Below, one piece after another: positions 27,981-37,375 of a stretch of 64,000 nt of DNA. Numbering within the stretch: position 1 is the first letter of the stretch; every line of letters starts with the position of its first letter. The position numbers were made by a program, and so were the translations under genes. Below the pieces are notes generated by a model. The model worked only from the letters and a program-made list of their open reading frames with translations. It searched no databases and was not told where the DNA came from. The DNA comes from an uncultured delta proteobacterium (lineage in GTDB: Bacteria > Myxococcota_A > Polyangia > Polyangiales > Polyangiaceae), in contig CAVOKF010000008.1 of assembly GCA_963696385.1 (NCBI GenBank), positions 288,001 through 352,000 of the forward strand, written 5' to 3'.

Positions 27981-29417
27981 CTACTCGATCTCGAAGTGAG
28001 CCAAGTCGATCTTGGGTCCCTTGAAGCGTGCGCGGACGCGCCATCTCCAGACGGCGACCAGGACCCCTGTAAGGCCGGCGAATGCGGCCACGGCCCCTGC
28101 ATTTGCCAACGCCAAGATCGCTGCGACCGCGACCGTCCAACCGACCGCGGCCCAAGCGACGGGAATGCCGGCGCGGCCGAGGTTCCAGGATCCCCGCTGG
28201 GTCCAGCGGCCACCGGCCCGTGCGGCTGCGCCGAGCGCGATCGGCACGGCGTACGACGCATAGAGCGCCGCCGTCGCCAGAACCGCGACGGTCAGAAAGA
28301 CGGCGTCGCTCCAGGGCGCGGTGACGATGACCAACGCGATCGAAACGAGGACACAGACCGCGATCGCACGGATCGGCGTGCGGGTACGGCCGTCGACATG
28401 CCGAACAAAGGCGGCCATCGGAATGCCGTCGTCGCGTGCGAATGCGAAGAGCATGCGCGACGCGCTCGTCACGCTGGAGAGCCCGGCGAACCACATCGCG
28501 AGCACCGCGAGTCCCATCGCGAACCGTCCGGTTTGCGGTCCGAGGGCGCCGCGCAGCACCCCGAGCGCGGCGTCGGGGGCCTCGGCCGTCACGGCCCAAT
28601 CCCGCACCGAGAGCGTCAGAGCCGCCACCAGCGCGAACCCCGCCACCGCGCTCACCGCCACGGCGGAGACGATGCCGACCGGGGCACGCCTTCCCGGGCG
28701 GCGAGTCTCTTCGCTCACGTGCGCCGCGGCGTCGAATCCGGTGAAGGTCCAGACCCCGAGCACGAGGGCCTGGACAAAGCCCACGACGTAGAGGCCGTCC
28801 GGTCGGACCGTGCCGCGCACGCGAACGAGGTACGACCAAGGATGTACCGCCCCCTTCCAGAAAAGCGCACCCACGAGCACCGCCACCCCGACCATGTGCA
28901 CGGTGGCCGACGCATCGTTGAGCCAAGCGACGAGTCGGATCGATGCGGCGTTGAGGGCGCCATGGACGGCCACGACGACCGCGTACAGGGCGAACGCCGC
29001 GCGACGGTCCAAGCCGACCACCTGTGCAAACATCTGGGCGCAGGCGAGGTCGATGGCCGCAACAATCGCGATCTGGCCGGCGAGGTTGAGCATCGCGGTC
29101 GACCATCCCCAGCCAGGTCCGCCGAGCAGCGAAGCCCAATGGTACAGGGCGCCGGCGGTCGGAAAGGCGCTCGACAGCTCGGCCATGGCAAGAGCGACGA
29201 GCATCGTGCCGCAAGCGACCAGGGGCCAGCCGAGCCCCAGTCCCATGGGCCCGCCCGCCGCGAGCGCATCGCCAAAGGTGGAAGTAACGCCGGTGAGCAC
29301 GCTGATGACCGAAAAGCCAATCGCGAAACTCGAGAAGCCGCCGAACCGCCTTGCGAGCTCTTGGGCGTAACCGAAGCGTGCGAGTTCGCGATCGTCGTCG
29401 TCGGGTCGCCGCGCCAC
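27981..29417 (-). CDS. APC-superfamily amino acid permease
   Basis: GYAQELAR, AELSSAFPTAGALYHW and GFDAAAHVSEET motifs; about 12 TM. Confidence 0.93.
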   Translation of the reverse strand: MARRPDDDDRELARFGYAQELARRFGGFSSFAIGFSVISVLTGVTSTFGDALAAGGPMGLGLGWPLVACGTMLVALAMAELSSAFPTAGALYHWASLLGGPGWGWSTAMLNLAGQIAIVAAIDLACAQMFAQVVGLDRRAAFALYAVVVAVHGALNAASIRLVAWLNDASATVHMVGVAVLVGALFWKGAVHPWSYLVRVRGTVRPDGLYVVGFVQALVLGVWTFTGFDAAAHVSEETRRPGRRAPVGIVSAVAVSAVAGFALVAALTLSVRDWAVTAEAPDAALGVLRGALGPQTGRFAMGLAVLAMWFAGLSSVTSASRMLFAFARDDGIPMAAFVRHVDGRTRTPIRAIAVCVLVSIALVIVTAPWSDAVFLTVAVLATAALYASYAVPIALGAAARAGGRWTQRGSWNLGRAGIPVAWAAVGWTVAVAAILALANAGAVAAFAGLTGVLVAVWRWRVRARFKGPKIDLAHFEIE

Positions 29418-29439
29418 CGGATCGACCGACCCCTTGAAC

Positions 29440-30024
29440 CTACTGGTGGGATCCGGAAAACGTGTAACTCGTGGAGCATGGGAGCGTCATGTACGACCCG
29501 CCCGACGCGGTGAGCTGATCGGTGCAGTTGTTCGTACTCGATACCCCGGTGGCCGCCGAAATCGTCTGCGCGTAGGTCGCCGTGAAGCTCGATGGCGTCA
29601 AGCCCGCCGCAAGCGAGACGTCGAGGGTACTGGCGACGGTAAGGTCACACGGCCCCGGAGCCCCCGCCTCGGTGGCGTCGACGTTTGCCGTCACCACAGT
29701 CGCAATGACCGCCTTGGTGGCCGAAGTCAGGTTGCCTGAGGACGAACTGGCGCCCGATGGCAACCAGTACAGTACCGTTCCGTCCTCGGACATTTGCACG
29801 GTGAACGTCCATGGATTCATCGCATTGCCGCAAGTGTCGCTCACGAGCGTGCCGGTCACGTTGTAGGTCCCGAGCGACGTGCCGGGAAGTGCGGGGCCAC
29901 AGAACATCGACAGGGCGGCGATCGCGCACGCCACGACGGTCACCAGAGGCCTGGACCTTCGGAGACATCCCGCGCGCTCGGCGACCATGAACGCCCTATA
30001 ACCCCGGATCTCGGGAGCGGACAA
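29440..30024 (-). CDS. Hypothetical exported Ser/Thr-rich beta protein, possible lipoprotein
   Basis: Hydrophobic signal ending ...SMFC; four further Cys. Start uncertain. Confidence 0.6.
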   Translation of the reverse strand: MSAPEIRGYRAFMVAERAGCLRRSRPLVTVVACAIAALSMFCGPALPGTSLGTYNVTGTLVSDTCGNAMNPWTFTVQMSEDGTVLYWLPSGASSSSGNLTSATKAVIATVVTANVDATEAGAPGPCDLTVASTLDVSLAAGLTPSSFTATYAQTISAATGVSSTNNCTDQLTASGGSYMTLPCSTSYTFSGSHQ

Positions 30025-30139
30025 GCTTAGCGCCCCTCGACGCGTCGATCGGATTTGCGGATGGGTCTCGCCGCACGATTCGGATCGCCCGCGTTCCGCG
30101 AGCCGCTTGCGGAAAGCGCAGACTCTCCGCTTCTCGAAT

Positions 30140-30214
<75 letters not shown>

Positions 30215-30240
30215 ACACCAGAAGCGAAACGGGCGCGCGA

Positions 30241-30268
30241 AAAATACGCGCAAGGCCCGGCGAGTCAA
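30241..30268 (-). promoter_or_regulatory. Sigma-70-like promoter for tRNA-Thr
   Basis: TTGACT-16 bp-TATTTT on the minus strand. Confidence 0.55.
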
Positions 30269-30359
30269 GCCGTGACCGCGCGCGCCTGCCAACGGGATGC
30301 GATTTCGGGTCGGCGAAAGACGGAGACCGATCGCTAGGGCCGGCGCGGCCCCTGTCCAC

Positions 30360-31205
30360 CTATGCCGTCTTGCCCTTGTTGCCGGCATTCACGTGCATGG
30401 TTGCTTTCACCGGGACTCCGGGCGTGGGAGACGGGTGACGCCGCGACCAGGCGCCATCCAAGACTTCGAGCGTTCTTCGCGTAAGCTGGCGCGCCGCTTC
30501 GCCGTCGCGCGACCGAATCAGATCGATGACGGCGGGGTAGAGCGCGGCGGACGACGCGCAGTCGTCGTAGAGCGCCGCCACGAGCTGCGGGTGATCGTCC
30601 GGCCATCTCGCAAACGTGTTGAGAAAAAGCTCGAGTCCGACGTTGCGCGCGGCCTTGCATACCGCTCGCATGAACGCCAAGTCGAGACGCGCAAACGCCA
30701 CGGGGTCCTCGACGTGTTCGCGAAGGACTTGGGCGCACGCGCCGATGGCGATGAGATCGGCTTCGTCATGGCGCTCGGCGGCCAGAGCAACGGCTTCGGA
30801 CGCGAGAATGCGGCGAATCTCGAGAGAGCTTCGGACGAGCTCGTGCCATGCGGGCTCGGCCACTTTGAGCCCGCGCACCAGCGTTCCCAGCATTTCGAGA
30901 CCGGCGCGCTCGCGCCACGACGCCACGACGGTGCCCGCGCCATGCCGCGTTGTGATGAGCCCGAGGGCCTCGAGTCGCGCGAGGGACGCGCGCAGCGTCA
31001 AGCGGTTCACGCCCAACGCAAGCGAAAGCTCTCGCTCGGAAGGCAAACGCGTGCCCGGCCGCAAGCGGCCCGCAAGGATCTCTCCTCGGAGCCGATCGGC
31101 TACGGCATCGACGACGCTTTGGCGCGCCACCGGAGCGATCGACGCGAGCGTATGCGCCGCGTCCGGCGCGAACGGCGTCGTAGGCGGCTTCGAGTCGTCC
31201 GGCAT
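30360..31205 (-). CDS. GntR/FadR-family transcriptional regulator
   Basis: GTRLPSERELSLALGVNRLTLR wHTH plus an FCD-like domain. Confidence 0.93.
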   Translation of the reverse strand: MPDDSKPPTTPFAPDAAHTLASIAPVARQSVVDAVADRLRGEILAGRLRPGTRLPSERELSLALGVNRLTLRASLARLEALGLITTRHGAGTVVASWRERAGLEMLGTLVRGLKVAEPAWHELVRSSLEIRRILASEAVALAAERHDEADLIAIGACAQVLREHVEDPVAFARLDLAFMRAVCKAARNVGLELFLNTFARWPDDHPQLVAALYDDCASSAALYPAVIDLIRSRDGEAARQLTRRTLEVLDGAWSRRHPSPTPGVPVKATMHVNAGNKGKTA

Positions 31206-31215
31206 TGAAACCCCG

Positions 31216-31230
31216 ACTGGTTGAACCAGT
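31216..31230. promoter_or_regulatory. FadR-type operator palindrome
   Basis: ACTGGTTGAACCAGT is a perfect palindrome of TGGT-N3-ACCA type, 10 nt upstream of the GntR ATG. Confidence 0.7.
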
Positions 31231-31310
31231 TAACCTCTACCGCCCTCCGAGCTTCTGCGCAACAACCTGCGCAGCAAACATCGATACGCAGCCGCTTCGG
31301 CGGATCGACG

Positions 31311-31401
31311 ACCTCGACCTCGACCTCGACCTCGACCTTACCTCGACCTCGACCTCGACCTCGACCTTACCTCGACCTCGACCTCGACCTCGACCCTTAC
31401 C
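31311..31401. repeat. (ACCTCG)n microsatellite arranged as three 29-30 bp units
   Basis: [(ACCTCG)4 ACCTT] x3 between gntR and ltaE. Confidence 0.92.
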
Positions 31402-31440
31402 GCTAGCCTGCGGTCGGCTAAGGCTTACGTTGTTTTTTTT

Positions 31441-32496
31441 ATGATTGATCTACGCAGCGACACCGTGACACGGCCGTCTTCCGCAATGCGCGAAGCGATG
31501 GCGCGCGCGGAGGTAGGTGACGACGTCTTGGGCGAAGACCCGACAGTGCGCGCCCTCGAGGAAGAAGTGGCGCTCATCACGGGCAAGGAGGCCGCACTTT
31601 TCGTCACGAGCGGCACGATGGGAAATCAGCTTGCGATTGCCACGCAAACACGCCCTGGCGACGACGTCATCGTCGGCGAAGGGGCGCATCCGGTGCATCA
31701 CGAGGCCGGCGCGGGGGCCGCCCTGAACGGCGTGCAGTTTGCCATTGCCGGCCGCGGCGGCTTGTTCGCGCCCGACGATATCGACGCAGTTTTGCACCCT
31801 CGCAGCGACTGGGCGGCGCGAACCGCGCTGGTCGCGATCGAGAACACGCACAACCGATCCGGCGGACGCGTCTGGCCGCACGCCCAAGCTCTCGCAGTCG
31901 CCGGTCGAGCCCGCGATCACGGACTCGCCACGCACTTGGACGGCGCGCGCATCTGGAACGCGAGCGTCGCGAGCGGCGTGGACGTCGCCACGCTTTGCGC
32001 GCCCTTCGATACGGCCAGCGTGTGCTTCTCGAAGGGCCTGGGCGCGCCCGTCGGCAGCGCGCTTTGCGGGCCCCGGGAACTGGTCCGACAGGCTCGTCGG
32101 TTTCGCAAGATGTGGGGGGGCGCGATGAGACAATCGGGAATCCTCGCCGCGGGGGCCCTCTTCGCGCTGGCTCACCACCGCAAGCGTCTCGCCGACGACC
32201 ACGCCAACGCACGTCTCTTCGCCGAGAAGGTCGTCCGCTCGGCAGGCGCGCGGGTCGATTTCGAGTCGGTTCAGACCAACATCGTCAATGTCGACGTCGA
32301 CGTCGACGCGAGCGCGGTCTCGCGCGAGGCTCGCGGATTGGGCGTCCTCATTTCGGCGACGGGACCTCACCGACTGCGGGCCGTAACCCATCTGGACGTT
32401 TCGCGCGCGGACATGGACTCCGCCGCGCAGGCCCTCGGGCAAGCGATCGCGCGGGTGATCGGGTTCCACGACCCAAAGAGCGAACGCTCAGGGTGA
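31441..32496 (+). CDS. ltaE: Low-specificity L-threonine aldolase
   Basis: [26 protein letters not shown] and [12 protein letters not shown] motifs. Confidence 0.95.
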   Translation: MIDLRSDTVTRPSSAMREAMARAEVGDDVLGEDPTVRALEEEVALITGKEAALFVTSGTMGNQLAIATQTRPGDDVIVGEGAHPVHHEAGAGAALNGVQFAIAGRGGLFAPDDIDAVLHPRSDWAARTALVAIENTHNRSGGRVWPHAQALAVAGRARDHGLATHLDGARIWNASVASGVDVATLCAPFDTASVCFSKGLGAPVGSALCGPRELVRQARRFRKMWGGAMRQSGILAAGALFALAHHRKRLADDHANARLFAEKVVRSAGARVDFESVQTNIVNVDVDVDASAVSREARGLGVLISATGPHRLRAVTHLDVSRADMDSAAQALGQAIARVIGFHDPKSERSG

Positions 32497-32785
32497 GCCG
32501 AGCGAAGCGAGGCGGTGCGAAACGCATCTCCTGCTGGGGTGCTCGAGGGGAGCGGCATTCGCTCCCCTCGACGTGTCGTGAGTGCCGAGTTGGCGAGAGC
32601 AGAGCCGAGCGAGCGAAGCGAGTCGAGGCGGAGCGAAACGAGTCGAGGCGGTGCGAAACGCATCTCCTGCTGGGGTGCTCGAGGGGAGCGGCATTCGCTC
32701 CCCTCGACGTGTCGTGAGTGCCGAGTTGGCGAGAGCAGAGCCGAGCGAGCGAAGCGAGTCGAGGCGGAGCGAACGCTCAGGGTGA
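32478..32785. repeat. Tandem REP-like element, two 136-bp units plus a partial third
   Basis: Units start at 32508 and 32644. Each has the 12-bp stem TCGAGGGGAGCG/CGCTCCCCTCGA. The 19-mer GAGCGAACGCTCAGGGTGA occurs at 32478 and 32767. Confidence 0.9.
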
Positions 32786-32828
32786 TCTGGTTCCCACGAC
32801 AAACCGACCAACCTTCCCGCGACAAACC

Positions 32829-33236
32829 CTATTTCTCTTCTTCTTCCTCTTCTTCTTCCTCCTCCTCGTCGTCGTCTTCGTCGTCTTCGTCTTCGTCGAA
32901 CTCCTCTTCGTCGAAGTCGGTGGCCTCGCCTTCTTCCTCTTCGGGCTCGGCGGCACCGCGCTTCTCGAACTTCACGTCCACGCCGACGTCTCCAAGCTGC
33001 GTGTCGATGAGCTCCAGAAGCTCGTCGGAATCATCGCCAGACCATTCGTCGAGAAGGTCGGTCAGGAATTCGAAGAAATCGCCGCTATCCAGCCGGCGCT
33101 CGATTTCCTCGACCTGCTCTTCCGTAAACGCTTCGAGAATGTCCTCGCGAAGCGTCTCGATGTCGCCCTCCTCAATCGCGTCTTGTGCAGACACCCGAAT
33201 CTGACGAACGGCTCGTTTATCGAGGTAGATCTCCAT
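32829..33236 (-). CDS. Highly acidic 135-aa protein with poly-Asp/Glu tail
   Basis: MEIYLDKRAVRQ...DDDEEEEEEEEEEEK; about 45% D/E by hand count; has its own promoter candidate. Confidence 0.8.
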   Translation of the reverse strand: MEIYLDKRAVRQIRVSAQDAIEEGDIETLREDILEAFTEEQVEEIERRLDSGDFFEFLTDLLDEWSGDDSDELLELIDTQLGDVGVDVKFEKRGAAEPEEEEGEATDFDEEEFDEDEDDEDDDEEEEEEEEEEEK

Positions 33237-33349
33237 CGCTAATATCGTCTCCGAGCTGACGCCCACGTTTATCCAGTCGCAGATGGACCGCAAGCCTGTC
33301 GGTACCTTGCCCTCGAGCCCGCCCGGGGGGCTCGACCCCACCGCCCGCG

Positions 33350-33377
33350 AGTATGCGAACCGGCCTGGGCATGTCAA
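33350..33377 (-). promoter_or_regulatory. Sigma-70-like promoter of the acidic protein gene
   Basis: TTGACA-16 bp-CATACT, followed by a leader hairpin at 33313-33335. Confidence 0.55.
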
Positions 33378-33434
33378 CGTCCGCGTGAGCCGGGCCCGCG
33401 TTACCGCACGGCTGCCGAGTGGTAGGCTCGGGGC

Positions 33435-34133
33435 ATGGGTGAGCGATACCGCCGCGGAGCGCAAGCTCTGGGAGCCGTCGCGATGGCCCTGCTGGTCCTG
33501 CAAGCCCAACGCGCCCGGGCCGACGACGCCGCGCCGCCTGCGCAGGAAGCGGGAGTCGTTCGGCCGCCCCCTCCGGAGCACTCCTACATGCAGTACGGAG
33601 TCGCCCTCACGGTCGAAGGGGTCCTTTCCGCGGGACCCGCGTGCACCACGTCCAGCGGAACGAGCGCGGCAGTGGCTGCAGCCCTCGCGGCCGCCGGGTG
33701 CATTCTCGGATCAGGCGCCGGGATCGCGATTCGCGTCGGGTGGCGCCCCACCGAGGCCACCTATTTTGGAGGCGCCTACGAATTCTCCAAGCAGGATCCC
33801 AACAACCTCTATCGGCTTGGAATCTTACAGCAAGCACGCTTCGAAGCCCGCCATTATTTCGAGACCGGCTGGCGGACGAGGCCTTTCGCGGTTTTGGGGG
33901 CCGGGCTGGCGGCTTATGGCGAAGAGTGGTCGGTCGACACCTGGGGATTCGCCGGAGCCCTCGGAGGCGGCATCGAATTCGAGGTGTCTGGCGCCACGAC
34001 CCTCGGCCTCGGGCTCGTGTACCGGCCCGTATATCTTCGTTCGTGGGTCGACTCCAGCACGATTCCACACCCATCGGGCGTGGCCCATTTGCTCGGGCTG
34101 GAGATCGCGCTCGAGGCGACCGACCGGATCTAA
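33435..34133 (+). CDS. Exported protein, probable small outer-membrane beta-barrel
   Basis: Signal peptide (ARA-DD) and alternating Gly/aromatic beta strands. Confidence 0.65.
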   Translation: MGERYRRGAQALGAVAMALLVLQAQRARADDAAPPAQEAGVVRPPPPEHSYMQYGVALTVEGVLSAGPACTTSSGTSAAVAAALAAAGCILGSGAGIAIRVGWRPTEATYFGGAYEFSKQDPNNLYRLGILQQARFEARHYFETGWRTRPFAVLGAGLAAYGEEWSVDTWGFAGALGGGIEFEVSGATTLGLGLVYRPVYLRSWVDSSTIPHPSGVAHLLGLEIALEATDRI

Positions 34134-34181
34134 CCAATCCCTCGCGCGGGTCGCGAAAGCTCGGGTGACCACGGCCAGAGC

Positions 34182-35582
34182 TTGACGGTCGACCACGCGC
34201 CGGTGTCCCATCGCGTTCGCGTGATTTGCACGACATGCGGCCGGGACAATCCGAGTCACCTCATTTTCTGTCAGGAGTGCGGCCAGAAGTTGGCCACGCG
34301 CCTCGCGACGCCGACGCCTCCTCAGGGGATCGCGGCGGTCGGTCCCACGCCGGAGGCGGCGGCGGCTCGTAGCCAGAGCTCCGTATCGCAACGACCGGCG
34401 GCGCCCAACATTCAATTTTCCCGCCGCGACGAGTTGCCAGCGCCAGCCGACAATCGGAGCGTGTGCCCGCTTTGCGGCAGCCGCAATCAGCGTGGCTTGC
34501 GCTTCTGCGTCACGTGCGGGCACCTCTTGGCGCAACGCGTCTCCGGGGGCAGCCCAGCGCTCGAGGCCACCGCGGTTTCGGCCCCCCCAGTCCGGCCGCC
34601 TTCGGCGCCGGCTGCCGTCATCGCCCCGAACCGCGTCGTGCAACTCGACGATCCGTCGCCGGCTGCGTTGGAGACCCGCATCTGTCCGCGCTGCCACGGC
34701 CTGCTCGAGGGGGCGGGACAGTTCTGCCGCATTTGCGGCGCATCCATCGCCGACGCCGCACCAATCGACCTGCGGCCGGCGTCGCCGGCACGACCCGACA
34801 CCGTACGACCGCAAGGCCCCGCGCCCGCGGCGTCGACCGTCCCCGTGTCCGCGCCGCGGACGGGACGCGTCCGCCTCGTTCTCATCGCGCGTGACGGCGG
34901 CGAAGGACCGAGCTACCCGGTCGGCGACACGACCGACATCGGGCGGACGGAAGGTCACATCGTCATTGGCGACGATCCCTACATCTCTCCGCGTCACGCG
35001 CGCATTTCGGTGCGCGACGGCACGCACTTTCTACGCGACCTCGGAACGACCAACGGAGTCTATTTGCGTATCCCGTACTCGGGCGACCTCGATCGGGGCT
35101 TGGTGCTCGATCCCGAGCAAGAGCTGGGAGATCAAGAGTTGTTCCTGGTTGGACAACAGGTGCTAAGGTTTGAGGTCGTGAAGCACGCGGAAGAGGGGTT
35201 CGGCGTGGCCTCGGACAATGGGACGTTGCTCTTCGGTACGCCCGCAGCGCCCCGCTATGCGCGGCTTAGCCAGCGCACGGTCGAGGGCGTGTCGCGCGAT
35301 GTCTTTCACGTGCACAAAACCGAGACCGTCATCGGGCGAGAATCGGGCGATATCGTATTCGCCGACGATCCCTTCCTTTCTCGCCGCCACGCCGTCATCC
35401 GGGTCCGCCCCGGCGCCAGCTTTGCGAGAGATGCCCGCCGCTTCACGCTGGCCGACCTTGGCTCCTCCAACGGGACGTTCCTGCAGGTGCGAACCGAGGT
35501 TGCTCTGCGTCCGGGCAGTCACTTCCGCATCGGCCAGCAGCTCTTCCGCCTCGACGTCGACGTGAACCGCACCGGTGAATGA
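34182..35582 (+). CDS. Double-zinc-ribbon plus tandem FHA domain protein
   Basis: Three CxxC...CxxC ribbons; two FHA domains with intact GR, SxxH and NG motifs. Confidence 0.9.
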   Translation: MTVDHAPVSHRVRVICTTCGRDNPSHLIFCQECGQKLATRLATPTPPQGIAAVGPTPEAAAARSQSSVSQRPAAPNIQFSRRDELPAPADNRSVCPLCGSRNQRGLRFCVTCGHLLAQRVSGGSPALEATAVSAPPVRPPSAPAAVIAPNRVVQLDDPSPAALETRICPRCHGLLEGAGQFCRICGASIADAAPIDLRPASPARPDTVRPQGPAPAASTVPVSAPRTGRVRLVLIARDGGEGPSYPVGDTTDIGRTEGHIVIGDDPYISPRHARISVRDGTHFLRDLGTTNGVYLRIPYSGDLDRGLVLDPEQELGDQELFLVGQQVLRFEVVKHAEEGFGVASDNGTLLFGTPAAPRYARLSQRTVEGVSRDVFHVHKTETVIGRESGDIVFADDPFLSRRHAVIRVRPGASFARDARRFTLADLGSSNGTFLQVRTEVALRPGSHFRIGQQLFRLDVDVNRTGE

Positions 35583-36865
35583 CAACGGAGACAGCCCGCA
35601 CGTGACGCAGCCCGAACCCCCTAGCGAGGCGGCGGTCGCAGGCAGCTCGAACGACGCTTCGACGCCCGCCGCGGGACAAATCCGTGTGAAGCTGTTCGCT
35701 CGTACCGACGTCGGGCAAATCCGCGAGCACAACGAAGACAACTTCCTCGTCGCCGATCTCACGCGAAGAACACGGGGGCTTCTCGAAGCCAACCGGACGG
35801 GCACGGTCGGCCCGCAAGGTCTCTTGTTCGCGGTCTGCGACGGCATGGGCGGCGCCGCCGCCGGCGAAGTCGCCAGCCAGCTTTCGGTCGACATTCTCTA
35901 CGAGCGAATGGTCGACACGCTCGAACAGGGACACGGGCTGTCGCGCGACGAACTGGCGCGACGTCTCGTTCGCGCGATCGAGGCCGCCGGCCTGCGCATC
36001 TTCCAGGAAGCGAAACTGGATCGGACGCGTCGCGGAATGGGAACGACCGTCACGGCCGCCGCGCTGGTCGACAACTATCTATTCTTCGCGCAGGTGGGTG
36101 ACTCGCGGGGATACCTGCTGAGAGACGCGCACCTTGCGCAGCTGACGCGCGACCAATCGCTCGTCAACCAGCTCATCGAAGCCGGCCAGCTCACCGAGGA
36201 GGAAGCCGAGACGTTCGAGCACAACAACATCATCCTGCAGGCGCTTGGAACCGCGGACACCGTTCAGGTCGATCTGACGTATTGCGAACTCCACCGCGGC
36301 GACGTGCTGCTGCTTTGCTCGGACGGCCTGAGCGGCATGGTGCGTTTCGACGACATCCGCGAGGTGCTGCGTACGTCCACGGAGCCCATCGAGGCCTGCA
36401 AGATCCTCACGGAGCGGGCCAATCAGGCGGGCGGACACGACAACATCACCGTCATCGTCGTTTCGTTCGACGGCGAAGCCCTTGCGCCCGCCACCGAAGA
36501 AACCGAGCCGCCTAAGTACCGCAAGTACGCGCTCCCGGAGGAGCCGGCGGACCTGACCGAGCCGCAGCGTCGCCTGACCCCGCCACCGGTCGCATCGCCG
36601 ATTCCGCCGGCGAATCCTCACGGCCCTGGATTCGAACCATCCCCAAGGATTGGGGTCGACGATGGTGTTCTCAACGACCGCGGATACCACGCCGGCGCCT
36701 CATCCGTCATCGCTTGCACCGGCCGCACGCTCCGCTCGACCCCCCGGGCTGTCCGAGGAGGACATCGACATCCCTGGCACGCACGTGCCTCCGTGGGTCG
36801 TCGTGGTCATCGTGGTCGCGGTGATCCTCGTTCTCGCCGGAACGGCGTTTCTGCTCCTCGCCTGA
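35575..36865 (+). CDS. PP2C-family Ser/Thr phosphatase with C-terminal TM anchor, apparently frameshifted near 36600-36650
   Basis: REHNED, VCDGMGG, QVGDSR, LCSDGL and GGHDNIT motifs. The TM tail lies in the +1 frame (36650-36865). Confidence 0.82.
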
Positions 36866-36869
36866 CGGG

Positions 36870-36954
36870 CCCGACCTCGACCCGACCTCGACCCGACCTC
36901 GACCCGACCTCGACCCGACCTCGACCCCACCTCGACCTCGACCCCGACCTCGAC
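36870..36954. repeat. 11-bp tandem repeat (CCCGACCTCGA)x5 plus degenerate copies
   Basis: Directly visible; shares the ACCTCGA core with the array at 31311. Confidence 0.9.
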
Positions 36955-36996
36955 GCGTTGCGATTCGCGGGCGTCGCGCTATGGTCGCGCCCACGC

Positions 36997-37344
36997 ATGA
37001 CCCGTACCCGCTCGATGGACGAAGGCGACACGGCGGCGCCTGCCACCGGTCGCGTCGAGATGGGGGCCATTCCCGCGGCGCCCCAGCCATCGCGAGCCGA
37101 GGCGTGGACGTCGGCGTCGCAGGACGTCTTGTTCGAGCGCGCCGAGAGCGCGTGCGACGCCTGCGGCCGCATCATGCCTCGCCCCGTCGAGTCGCAAGGG
37201 TATGCCGAGCCCGGTCAAGGCCTGTACGTGTGGGTCCGCGACAAGGAAGTGCGGTTGGACCCCGCGCCGCTCTGCGCCTCTTGTGCCGCCGCGATCGGCG
37301 TGACCGCCCTCGCTCGCTGGGAAATCGAAGAAGAGGAAGGCTGA
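36997..37344 (+). CDS. Small putative zinc-binding protein
   Basis: CDAC...CASC pairs and an acidic end (WEIEEEEG). Fused in the ORF track to the PP2C read-through. Confidence 0.6.
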   Translation: MTRTRSMDEGDTAAPATGRVEMGAIPAAPQPSRAEAWTSASQDVLFERAESACDACGRIMPRPVESQGYAEPGQGLYVWVRDKEVRLDPAPLCASCAAAIGVTALARWEIEEEEG

Positions 37345-37375
37345 TCGCGGCGTCGGCCCCGCGCCCGAGGCGAAG

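Noticed and set aside
31205..31444. ORFs across the ACCTCG satellite as real proteins
   Set aside because: DLDL/STST/PRPR products simply reflect the stop-free hexamer; no independent coding evidence.
32478..32785. CRISPR array or IS with target-site duplication
   Set aside because: Units are identical with no unique spacers, there is no cas or transposase gene, and the flanking 19-mer is part of the element.
35575..37344. 589-aa PP2C ORF as a single natural gene
   Set aside because: After about residue 350 the sequence becomes Arg-rich shadow-like text and crosses a tandem repeat; a clean TM tail lies in another frame.
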